Assembly (NCBI GenBank): GCA_965204815.1
Contig: OZ242014.1
Coordinates: 3,112,532 to 3,176,531 of the forward strand
Source: Dehalococcoidia bacterium
Lineage (GTDB): Bacteria > Chloroflexota > Dehalococcoidia > Lucifugimonadales > CATOSD01
Length of the DNA: 64,000 nucleotides
Direction: 5' to 3'
The stretch's first letter is position 1. The number at the start of each line of letters is the position of its first letter. Under the pieces are notes generated by a model. It saw only the letters and a list, made by a program, of their open reading frames with translations. It was not told the DNA's origin and made no database searches. Positions 54,090-62,879 of this stretch are shown here, piece after piece. Both the position numbers and the translations under genes were made by a program.

Positions 54090-55580
54090 CTAGGACACCA
54101 GGACGGCCGCGGCGGCCTTGGACAGCTCCAGCAGCGGGGCGGGGTACACGCCGAACACCAACACGCCGGCGAACGCGGCCAGCACGGCGAGTCGCATCGG
54201 AAGGCCGGAGGGCACCCGCTCGTCGCTCGCCGGCTCGGACAGGTACATCTCCTTGACGATGCGCAGGTAGTAGTAGGCGGACAGGACGCTGTTGACCACG
54301 CCCGCGACGGCGAGCCACTCCAGGTTGGCGTCCACGGCGGCGCCGAATATGTACACCTTCGCTATGAAGCCGACGGTGGGCGGCACGCCGATGAGCGAGA
54401 TGAGCGCGAAACCCAGCGCGGCGGCCAGGTAGGGCGTGCGTCGGGCCATGCCAGCGAAGTCCTTTATCTCGTCGCTCCCTACCCTGCTCGTTATCGCTAT
54501 GATCACGGCGAACGCCGCGAGGTTGGTCGCGGCGTAGCCCGCCAGGTAGAAGATGACGCCCGACGCTCCGATGGACTCTCCGCTCGCGGTCTTCGCCGCA
54601 ACCGCCGCCAGGCCCACCATCATGTAGCCCGCGTGGGCGATGGTGCTGTAGGCCAGCAGCCGCTTGATGTTGGACTGGCGTATCGCCACGAGATTGCCGA
54701 ACGTCATCGACAGCACGCTGAGCATGGCGAAGATAGCGCCCCACTCCAGGTTCAGCGATTCGTCCGCGAATGCCACGTAGAACACCCGCAGAATGACGGC
54801 GAATCCGGCGGCCTTGCTGGCCACGGATAGGAACGCGGTAACGGGCGTGGGCGAGCCCTCGTACACGTCCGGCGCCCACATCTGGAAGGGGACGCTGGCT
54901 ATCTTGAAGCCGAAGCCCGCCACCATGAGCACGACGCCGAACAGCAGCGCGTTGCCCGAGCCGGCGGCGGCGACCTGCGCGGCGATGCCGGCGATGGACG
55001 TGGTGCCGGTGAAGCCGTACACCAGCACCATGCCGTACAGCAGGACCGCGGAGCTGACCGCGCTGAGCACCAGGAACTTGACGCCCGACTCGCTGGACCG
55101 GCTGTCCCGCGCGAACGCGGCCAGCGCCGCGATGGGCAGCGCCGTGAGCTCCAGCGCGACGTAGATGGTGATGAGCTCAGTGGTGGATGCGAGCAGCATC
55201 ATGCCGCTGGTGGAGAGAAGCACCAGCGCGTAGTACTCGCCCTGGAAGCGCTGGAACCTCTTCACGTAGTCGCAGGACACCAGCACCACCAGCGCGGCCG
55301 CGGCCACGAGCAGGAACTTGAAGAACAGGCTGAACTTGTCCACGACGAGCACGCCGAACAGGCCGGTCGTCCGGCCGGCCGAGCCGCCGTCGCCCAGGTC
55401 CAGCCACAGCGCCACGCTGAACGCCAGCGGAACCGCCAGTCCCAGCACCGACGCCCACGCCAGGATGTCCTTGCGCCGGAACAGCAGGTCGAGCACTATC
55501 ACGAGCACGGCCACTCCGGCCATGCTCAGCTCCGGAGCCAACAGGTAGAAGTCGCGGGATGTCAGTTCGAATGTTGACAT
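54090..55580 (-). CDS. nuoN: NADH-quinone oxidoreductase subunit N
   Basis: 496 aa polytopic antiporter-like subunit, last in the L-M-N order. Confidence 0.85.
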   Translation of the reverse strand: MSTFELTSRDFYLLAPELSMAGVAVLVIVLDLLFRRKDILAWASVLGLAVPLAFSVALWLDLGDGGSAGRTTGLFGVLVVDKFSLFFKFLLVAAAALVVLVSCDYVKRFQRFQGEYYALVLLSTSGMMLLASTTELITIYVALELTALPIAALAAFARDSRSSESGVKFLVLSAVSSAVLLYGMVLVYGFTGTTSIAGIAAQVAAAGSGNALLFGVVLMVAGFGFKIASVPFQMWAPDVYEGSPTPVTAFLSVASKAAGFAVILRVFYVAFADESLNLEWGAIFAMLSVLSMTFGNLVAIRQSNIKRLLAYSTIAHAGYMMVGLAAVAAKTASGESIGASGVIFYLAGYAATNLAAFAVIIAITSRVGSDEIKDFAGMARRTPYLAAALGFALISLIGVPPTVGFIAKVYIFGAAVDANLEWLAVAGVVNSVLSAYYYLRIVKEMYLSEPASDERVPSGLPMRLAVLAAFAGVLVFGVYPAPLLELSKAAAAVLVS

Positions 55581-55587
55581 GGGGTGC

Positions 55588-57114
55588 TCAGCGAACGCTC
55601 GCCAGAGCGGCCTCCTGCAGGGATTGGGCCAGCGGCTCGAGACCCGACGCGAACACGTCGGATATGATCGCCGGGTAGATGCCCACGATCAGCACGCTCG
55701 CCGCGAGCGCGGCCACCGGCAGCATGTCCATGGCGCTGGCGTCCTTCACATCCTCGTAGCGTTCAACCCTGGGGCCGAACAGCGACCGCTGCACCATCCA
55801 CAGTATGTAGCCCGCCGCAAGCACCACGCCGAACGCGGCGAGCGCGGTCATCCAGCTCCACACCGGGAACGCGCCCAGGAACACCGTGATCTCGGCGATG
55901 AAACCGCTGGTGCCCGGCAGACCCAGCGACGCCAGCCCGGCCAGCAGCATCGCCGACGCGAGCAGCGGCATACGGGTGGCCAGGCCGCCCAGGTCGGGTA
56001 TGTAGCGGGTGTGCACCTTGTCGTACACGAAGCCCACCACCAGGAACAGCAGGCCGGTGATGGTGCCGTGCGTGAACATCTGGAGAGAGGCGCCGGTGAG
56101 TCCCAGGCTGGACACGCTGCCTGATACGCCGACAACCGACGATATGCCCAGCAGCACGAACCCCATGTGGCTCACGCTGGAGAACGCGATCAGCCGCTTC
56201 AGGTCCGTCTGGCGCAGCGTGACGACCGCGCCGTAGAGCACGTTCACCACGCCCGCCGTCGCCAGCAGCCAGGCCACGTCCGTCACGACGTCGGGGAACA
56301 TGGCGACTGAGACGCGGATCATGCCGTAGGCGCCCATCTTCAGCAGGACGCCGGCCAGCATCACGCTGGCGGCGGTGGGTGCGTCCGTGTGGGCGTCGGG
56401 CAGCCAGGTGTGCAGCGGCCAGACGGGCAGCTTCACCGCGAACGCCGCGAACAGCAGCGCGAATACCAGCCCCACCGGCAGCACCATGCTCGCGCCGCGA
56501 ATCAGCTCGGGGAGCAACGTCATGTCGAAGGTGTGCGGGTCGGTCGAGAAGAACAGCGCCAGGATACCCACCAGCATGAAGGCGCTGCCGATGAAGGTGA
56601 AGATGACGAACTTCATCGCCGAGTACTCGCGACGTCCGCTTCCCCAGACGGAGATGAGGAAGAACATGGGCACCAGCTCGAGCTCCCAGAAGATGAAGAA
56701 CATCAGGAAGTCGAGGGAGGTGAACACGCCCATGACGGCGGTCTGGAGCGCCAGCAGCCACACGAAGTACTCGCGCACGCGGTGCTTCACGCTCCAGGAG
56801 CCGAACACCGCGACCGCGCCCAGCAGTCCGGTGAGCAGCACCATCGGAGCGCTCAGCCCGTCCACGCCCAGGAAGTATTGCACCTGGAAGGACTCGACGG
56901 GTATCCAGTCCGCGACGCGGTCGATGAGCTGGAAGCCGCCCTCGTTGCGGTCGTACAGCGCGAACACGGCAATGGCGAGCGCGAAGTCGACGACCACCGC
57001 GGCGCCCGCGAGCACGCGCGCGACGACGACCTGCCGCCCGAACAGCGCGATTACTATCGCGACCGCCAGGGGCACGAACACCGTCGCGGTGAGCAGCCCC
57101 GGAATCTCAGCCAA
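55588..57114 (-). CDS. nuoM: NADH-quinone oxidoreductase subunit M
   Basis: 508 aa with the WLPDAHTDAPTAASVMLAGVLLKMG block. Confidence 0.9.
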   Translation of the reverse strand: MAEIPGLLTATVFVPLAVAIVIALFGRQVVVARVLAGAAVVVDFALAIAVFALYDRNEGGFQLIDRVADWIPVESFQVQYFLGVDGLSAPMVLLTGLLGAVAVFGSWSVKHRVREYFVWLLALQTAVMGVFTSLDFLMFFIFWELELVPMFFLISVWGSGRREYSAMKFVIFTFIGSAFMLVGILALFFSTDPHTFDMTLLPELIRGASMVLPVGLVFALLFAAFAVKLPVWPLHTWLPDAHTDAPTAASVMLAGVLLKMGAYGMIRVSVAMFPDVVTDVAWLLATAGVVNVLYGAVVTLRQTDLKRLIAFSSVSHMGFVLLGISSVVGVSGSVSSLGLTGASLQMFTHGTITGLLFLVVGFVYDKVHTRYIPDLGGLATRMPLLASAMLLAGLASLGLPGTSGFIAEITVFLGAFPVWSWMTALAAFGVVLAAGYILWMVQRSLFGPRVERYEDVKDASAMDMLPVAALAASVLIVGIYPAIISDVFASGLEPLAQSLQEAALASVR

Positions 57115-57138
57115 CCGAGTCTCCTTGGTTCTTCATCA

Positions 57139-59100
57139 TCAGAGGAACAGCAGGTACACGCCGAATATGACCAGGACGCCAGCCGAGATGGCCAGGCCGT
57201 AGCCCTGTAGCTGGCCGGTCTGCACCTCGCGCAGCGGCCTGCCCACGTTCCTGGCCAGCAGGCCCACGTAGTTCACCACCTTGTCCACCACGGCCCTGTC
57301 GACCCAGTCCAGCGCGCGGGCCAGGCCGCCGTAGAACCCGCGCGTCACCACGGCGTCCTCGTACAGCTCGTCCATGTAGTACTTGCGCACCAGCAGCCGG
57401 TGCAGGCCCCGCACGCGCTCCGCCATCCGCTCCGGCGAGAGCGACTCCCGCACGTACATCAGGTAGGCGAGCCCAATCCCGGCGGCCGCCAGCGCGGTGG
57501 ACACGACCGCGGTCACCACGTCGAACTTGGCCGCCTTCACGGCGACGGGGCCTGTGCCCAGGAACTCCGCCAGCCAGTGCGCGGGCACGATGCCGATGTC
57601 GAACGGCGGATTCACCAGGAAGCCTATGGCCACCGACGCCACCGCGAGCGGCGCCAGCGGCCACACCATCACGCGCGGCGCCTCGCCCAGGTGCGGTTCG
57701 CCGTGCGGCTCCGCGTTCGGGTCGGCGGAGGCGCCGCCCCTGTAGCTGCCCTCGAACGTCAGGAACAGCGCGCGGAAGATGTAGAAGGCGGTCATGAACG
57801 CCGCTACCAGCGCCAGCGCGAAAACCAGCAGGTCCACGCCCTCCCCGTGCAGCGCGTGGGCCAGTATCTCGTCCTTGCTCCAGAAGCCGGACAGAGGGAA
57901 CACGCCCGCCAGGCTCAGCGCGCCCACCAGGAACATCGCGTAGGTCCAGGGCATCACCTTGCGGAGGCCGCCCATGTAGCGCATGTCGAACGTGCCGGTG
58001 GCGTGGTTGACGCTGCCGGAGCCGAGGAAGAGCAGCGCCTTGAAGAAGGCGTGCGTGAACAGGTGGAAGAGCGCCGGTCCGTATGCGCCGACGCCCAGGG
58101 CCAGCATCATGTAGCCGAGCTGGCTGACCGTGGAGTAGGCCAGCACCCGCTTGATGTCGGTGGCCACGAGTCCCATGGTCGCCGCGAACAGCGCGGTCAC
58201 GCCGCCGATGAGCGCCACCAGCGTCATCGCCTCCTGCGAAAGCTCGAACAGGGGCAGGAAGCGGGCGACCAGGAAGACGCCCGCTGCGACCATGGTGGCG
58301 GCGTGGATGAGCGCGCTGACCGGCGTGGGACCCTCCATGGCGTCCGGCAGCCAGGTGTGGAGCGGGAACTGGGCCGACTTGCCCGCGGCTCCGGCGAAGA
58401 TGCCGACGGCGATCCAGCCGGCCACGCCCGCTGCGATCAGTCCGCCGCCGACGGCCTCGTACAGGTCGGCTATGACAAATGGGTTGAGTCCCTGGGCGGC
58501 GAAGGCGTCCGCATTGAAGAACAGGTACATGATGCCGAGCAGGAAGCCGAAGTCGCCGAGCCGGGTCATCAGGAACGCCTTCTTGGCGGCTGCGGCTGCG
58601 GCGGGCCGCTGGTACCAGAAGCCTATGAGCAGGTACGAGCCGAGACCGACGAGCTCCCAGAAGACGAACAGCAGGATGAGGTTGCTGGCGATGACGAGTC
58701 CCAGCATCGAGGCGGTGAACAGGGACATGTAGGCGTAGTAGCGGGCGAAGCCGGGGTCGCCGCGCATGTAGCCCATCGAGTATATCTGGACGAGCAGGCT
58801 GACGCCGCTGACGACGACGAGCATGATCGCGGTGAGCGGATCGAGCAGCACGCCGACGGTCAGCTCGAAGTTGGCGATGACGAGCCAGGAGTGGTCGGGA
58901 AAGTCGACACGGCCGTGGGCGTCCACGACGCTCACGAAGGCCCAGAGCGAGAGCGCGAAGGCGACCCCGACGGCTGCGATGGTGACGAGGCCAGCGAGGT
59001 GTGACTGGCGATTGAGGAAGGGTCGGACGACTAGGGCGCAGATGACAAAGGATGCGAGCGGCAGAAGCAGTATCAGCCACACCGCAAGTTCTGAAATCAT
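57139..59100 (-). CDS. nuoL: NADH-quinone oxidoreductase subunit L
   Basis: 653 aa with the HTWLPDAMEGPTPVSALIHAATMV block and a long C-terminal amphipathic/TM extension. Confidence 0.9.
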   Translation of the reverse strand: MISELAVWLILLLPLASFVICALVVRPFLNRQSHLAGLVTIAAVGVAFALSLWAFVSVVDAHGRVDFPDHSWLVIANFELTVGVLLDPLTAIMLVVVSGVSLLVQIYSMGYMRGDPGFARYYAYMSLFTASMLGLVIASNLILLFVFWELVGLGSYLLIGFWYQRPAAAAAAKKAFLMTRLGDFGFLLGIMYLFFNADAFAAQGLNPFVIADLYEAVGGGLIAAGVAGWIAVGIFAGAAGKSAQFPLHTWLPDAMEGPTPVSALIHAATMVAAGVFLVARFLPLFELSQEAMTLVALIGGVTALFAATMGLVATDIKRVLAYSTVSQLGYMMLALGVGAYGPALFHLFTHAFFKALLFLGSGSVNHATGTFDMRYMGGLRKVMPWTYAMFLVGALSLAGVFPLSGFWSKDEILAHALHGEGVDLLVFALALVAAFMTAFYIFRALFLTFEGSYRGGASADPNAEPHGEPHLGEAPRVMVWPLAPLAVASVAIGFLVNPPFDIGIVPAHWLAEFLGTGPVAVKAAKFDVVTAVVSTALAAAGIGLAYLMYVRESLSPERMAERVRGLHRLLVRKYYMDELYEDAVVTRGFYGGLARALDWVDRAVVDKVVNYVGLLARNVGRPLREVQTGQLQGYGLAISAGVLVIFGVYLLFL

Positions 59101-59147
59101 CTAGCGTCCTCTCGGCATCGGCAGATTGGCGTCGAGTTCGCGGCTTG

Positions 59148-59220
59148 GGTCGTCATTCCCGCGCCCTCACTCGTCATCCCCGCACCTTCACTGGTCACTC
59201 CCGCGAACGCGGGAACGCGC
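59148..59220 (+). repeat. three tandem ~21-bp units of the family-3 core (GTCAYYCCCGC)
   Basis: GTCATTCCCGC (59151), GTCATCCCCGC (59172) and GTCACTCCCGC (59194). The last unit forms CCCGCG-aa-CGCGGG. Confidence 0.7.
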
Positions 59221-59303
59221 TCCCCCCGCGGCACGCCAGATAGTTTAGCGCAAGGGCAAGGGGTAGGCAATGCTGGGGCGCGAAGGGGCCAGAGCCTCGC
59301 AAA

Positions 59304-59344
59304 GTCCCTTCCCCCTCGACGGGGGAAGGCTAGGATGGGGGTGA
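59304..59344 (+). repeat. family-1 repeat, short form, forward orientation
   Basis: gtCCCTTCCCCCtcgacGGGGGAAGGctaggatgggggtga. Confidence 0.85.
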
Positions 59345-59586
59345 AGGCAAGGGCGCGACGATTGCCATTCCCAGAACTTACAAAGGGGGTGGAACAAAAG
59401 GGCCGGAAAAATCTGTTCCATTCCGTTCCATTTGCCCCGTTCCTCTCCGAGTCCCTGGCTAGTCGGGCTGGCCGGGACGCTGGCGAAGCAACCGGCGGCG
59501 GGCGGATCGGTCCCTTGCGAGGGAGCCGTAGCACGGATATACGGGCAGGGTGAAGGGGGGGTAGGTTTGACTGGGTCGCAATCCCC

Positions 59587-60342
59587 CTAACGCCAATTGC
59601 ACGCCATACACGAACACCTGTCGCTGGTTTGAATGATGTGCTTGAGCCCATCAGGTGGATGGTTCGGTGCACGACGATCAAATTTGGGGAGGATTCTCCT
59701 TAACAACCTGTCGTCATCCCGTTCGTAGTACCTGAACACGGCGTAGGCACAGAAGTCGGCAAACTGCAACAACCTTGTGTCTGCGGACTGACTGAAGTAA
59801 GGGATGTCAACGATATTTCCAATGTAGCCGTACTGCGTGCCACGGCGCCTGAAATCCGAGATGTAGGTTCTATACTTGCTCTCCGTGCTTTGCGACCTAT
59901 CGATCACTAGCAAAGCCTTTTGCGGATTTCCTTGGTTGTACAACCTGACAAGGAAAGTGTTTACTCTTTGAACAATGTCCTCAAGAGTATCGCGAAGCGC
60001 CTGTTCGGAGTCTATTACAGACGAAATGTGGATTGCCGTTGCGAATAGGACAAGTCCGGGGTAAGGAGTCTGCGCGATTGCTTCATATACGCATTCAAGG
60101 ATCCGCTGCCTATCCTGCTCACTAAGACTACGAAAGCGGTCACGCCCATTGTTTACGTCCACGGCGTGGAATCGCAAGGGAATCGAAATGTCAGGAAAGA
60201 ACTCGCCCTGGATTCCATCGAGCGTTCTTCTCAAGCCCTCGATCTGACCTTCGTGGATTGCCATACCCCCAAGGATGAAATGGTTTTGGTTGTTGTTCCA
60301 TCCGTTGGGATCCCCTGACTCGTCAAGGTAGATGACGTACAT
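59587..60342 (-). CDS. DUF3800-domain protein
   Basis: 251 aa with the MYVIYLDESGD N-terminal signature. Clearly AT-richer than the flanking nuo and nusA genes. Confidence 0.7.
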   Translation of the reverse strand: MYVIYLDESGDPNGWNNNQNHFILGGMAIHEGQIEGLRRTLDGIQGEFFPDISIPLRFHAVDVNNGRDRFRSLSEQDRQRILECVYEAIAQTPYPGLVLFATAIHISSVIDSEQALRDTLEDIVQRVNTFLVRLYNQGNPQKALLVIDRSQSTESKYRTYISDFRRRGTQYGYIGNIVDIPYFSQSADTRLLQFADFCAYAVFRYYERDDDRLLRRILPKFDRRAPNHPPDGLKHIIQTSDRCSCMACNWR

Positions 60343-60691
60343 TGAGCGCTTTGGCGTTCCTCTCAGAAAAATAAAGGCAACCGGGCGTGTTGTCCACGAC
60401 AGGTCGAGGCGTCGACCTTCCCGATTGCGCTTTCAGCCTACCACCCGTGAGAACTCTAGTCAATTCTGGTGCGCTCCGCAAACAGCGCCGCGGCGTGGGA
60501 GTGGGCTTCTTCGAGACGAGCAGCTGCGTAAGTTGGCAGGGCACATTGAAGGCTCCCGCCCCGCGGCGGCGCAGCGTCGCGGCGGCCCGCTCGCGCCTGG
60601 GAAAGGGGGTATGCGACCGCCCCGCAAAAAAGGTTGTGTGCCGGGGGTTATGGTGGTAAACTAGCGCCCATAATAGCGGTGGATTTCTTTT

Positions 60692-60721
60692 GAAAGTGGG
60701 CTGGTTCCCACTTTCTTTGTT
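60692..60721 (+). terminator. intrinsic-terminator-like hairpin with T-rich tail, 75 nt upstream of nusA
   Basis: GAAAGTGGG-ctggtt-CCCACTTTC followed by TTTGTT. Confidence 0.5.
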
Positions 60722-60795
60722 AATGGGACTTTCGCGAGAGGAATAGACTAGGGGCGACCGGCAAAAGCCAAACCGCACAGGAGGTGGCTACAAGG

Positions 60796-62535
60796 ATGAA
60801 GAGCGATTTCGTTATTGCCCTAACTCAGCTTGCCGCCGAACGCAATCTCCCCAGGGAGATAGTGCTTTCCGCCATCGAGGCCGCCCTCGTGTCTGCCTAT
60901 AAGAAGGACAGCGTGACGGCTGGGCAGGACGTGAGCGTCACGCTGGACCCCGGCACCGGCGACGTCAGCGTCTTCATCATCAAGACCGTCGTCGACATCG
61001 TAGAGTCCCCCCAGACCGAGATGACCCTGGCCGAAGCGCGCGGGATCAAGCCCGACGCCCAGCTGGGCGACGTGGTGCCCACGGACAGCGTGCCCCACAG
61101 CGCGGGCCGGATCGCGGCGCAGACGGCCAAGCAGGTGGTGCTCCAACGCCTCCGCGAGGCCGAGCGGGACCTGGTGTACGAGGAGTTCGCCGACAAGGAA
61201 GGCGAGGTCATTTCGGTCACCGTCCAGCGCGTCGACCCCAGGTACGTCACCGTCGAGCTTGGCCGCGCCGAGGCCATTCTGCCGCCCACCGAGCAGATTC
61301 CGACCGAGCGCTACCGTGTGAGCAACAAGCTCAAGGTGCTGTTGCAGTCGGTCACGCGCTCGACCAGGGGCCCGGAGATCATCGTCTCCCGGGCCGACAA
61401 GATGCTGATGAAGCGGCTGTTCGAGATGGAGATCCCCGAGATATTCAACGGCTCGGTGGAGATCATGGCGATCGCCAGGGAGGCGGGACTGCGCAGCAAG
61501 GTGGCGGTGCGCGCCACCCAGTCCGGCATAGACCCGGTGGGCTCGTGCGTGGGCCTGCGGGGCGTCCGCATCCAGAACATCGTCAACGAGCTGCAGGGCG
61601 AGAAGATCGACGTCATCGAGTGGCACAACGACGCGGGCGTGCTGATAGCGAACGCGCTCAGCCCGGCGCAGGTGCTGCGTGTGGAGATCGACGCCGAGAA
61701 CGAGACGGCGACCGCCGTGGTCCCGGACCGGCAGCTCTCCCTCGCCATCGGCAAAGAGGGCCAGAACGCCCGGCTGGCGGCGAAACTGACCGGCTGGAAA
61801 GTGGACATCAAGAGCAACGTAGAGGCGGACACGGCGCCGAGGCCGCAGGTGGCGGCGGCTCCCGCGGTCGCGGAAGAGCCGGAGCCGGCCGTCGCGCCGG
61901 AGGACATCGCGCTGCCCGCGCAGGTGGAGGAGGCGCTGGACGCCGCGGTTCGCCAGGCCGCGACGCCCGAGCCAGTGGTGGAGGAGACGCCGCCGCCGCC
62001 CGCCGAAGAGCCCGAGCCTGTGGTAGCGGAAGCGGAAGCCGAGGCCGCCGTCGAAGCGGTCGCGGAGGTCGTGGAGGTCGCGGAAGTGGCCGAGCCGGTG
62101 GAGGCAGTGGCAGAGGAGGAGGCCGAGGAGCTCGTCGCGGCGCCCGTCGCGGAGGTGGAGGAGCCGGCGGAGGCCGTGCTTGCCACCGAGCCGGAGCAGG
62201 CCGTGGAAGCGGAGCCGGAAGCCGTCCAAGAGGAAGAAGAAGCGGTGGAGGAGGAAGAGGAGCCGGAACCCGAGCCGGCGCCGGTGCAGGTGTACGAGTT
62301 CGATCCGATCCCGGAGCCTGCCGCGGCAGTGCCCGACCGCTCGACCTCGCTGCGCGACCTCCCCGACGACGTGTGGTCGCTGCGGCGCAGGCGCTCCTCC
62401 GAGCCGGAGCCGGGCCGCATCCGCTTTGCGGAAGACATCGCCGGACTACGGGGCGGCCCTCCGTCGCGCCGCGACAGGGACGGCGGCAGGGGCAACCGCC
62501 GCACGAAGGCCGGCAACAGGCGCCGCCGACGCTAG
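60796..62535 (+). CDS. nusA: transcription termination/antitermination factor NusA with long acidic low-complexity C-terminal extension
   Basis: N-terminal domain, S1 and KH1/KH2 blocks ([43 protein letters not shown]). AGGAGG lies upstream of the ATG at 60796. Confidence 0.9.
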   Translation: MKSDFVIALTQLAAERNLPREIVLSAIEAALVSAYKKDSVTAGQDVSVTLDPGTGDVSVFIIKTVVDIVESPQTEMTLAEARGIKPDAQLGDVVPTDSVPHSAGRIAAQTAKQVVLQRLREAERDLVYEEFADKEGEVISVTVQRVDPRYVTVELGRAEAILPPTEQIPTERYRVSNKLKVLLQSVTRSTRGPEIIVSRADKMLMKRLFEMEIPEIFNGSVEIMAIAREAGLRSKVAVRATQSGIDPVGSCVGLRGVRIQNIVNELQGEKIDVIEWHNDAGVLIANALSPAQVLRVEIDAENETATAVVPDRQLSLAIGKEGQNARLAAKLTGWKVDIKSNVEADTAPRPQVAAAPAVAEEPEPAVAPEDIALPAQVEEALDAAVRQAATPEPVVEETPPPPAEEPEPVVAEAEAEAAVEAVAEVVEVAEVAEPVEAVAEEEAEELVAAPVAEVEEPAEAVLATEPEQAVEAEPEAVQEEEEAVEEEEEPEPEPAPVQVYEFDPIPEPAAAVPDRSTSLRDLPDDVWSLRRRRSSEPEPGRIRFAEDIAGLRGGPPSRRDRDGGRGNRRTKAGNRRRRR

Positions 62536-62537
62536 AG

Positions 62538-62879
62538 ATGCCGCCCAGGCCGCGCCGCAGACCGGTACGGACGTGCGTCGCCTGCGGCAGAAAAGCGGAC
62601 AAGCGCGAGCTGGTGCGGATAGCCGCATCGCCGCAGGGCGTCGTCGTGGACCCGTCGGGACGGGCGGCCGGCAGAGGCGCTTACGTGTGCGGGGCGGGAG
62701 ACTGCACGGTCGCGACGCTCAGGCGGGGCCGGCTGGAACACAACCTGCGCACGAAACTGTCCGATGACGACTGGACTCAACTGGTCCGGTCGCTCGAGGC
62801 GCTGGCGGAAGAAGTGACCTCGACACCATCACACTGCCACCGCGTGGGCGAGCGGCATGACAACGGAGCGGGACTATGA
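62538..62879 (+). CDS. ylxR: YlxR/DUF448 family RNA-binding protein
   Basis: RTCVACGRKADKRELVRI ... GRGAYVC. Sits between nusA and infB, with an ATGA overlap with infB. Confidence 0.8.
   Translation: MPPRPRRRPVRTCVACGRKADKRELVRIAASPQGVVVDPSGRAAGRGAYVCGAGDCTVATLRRGRLEHNLRTKLSDDDWTQLVRSLEALAEEVTSTPSHCHRVGERHDNGAGL

Noticed and set aside
60485-60572. A long GC-rich hairpin (GCGCCGCGGCGTGGGAG ... CTCCCGCCCCGCGGCGGCGC) upstream of nusA, considered as a structured ncRNA.
   Set aside because: Pairing is limited to 7 + 5 bp around a large internal mismatch, which GC-rich sequence readily produces by chance. I recognised no known RNA family signature.
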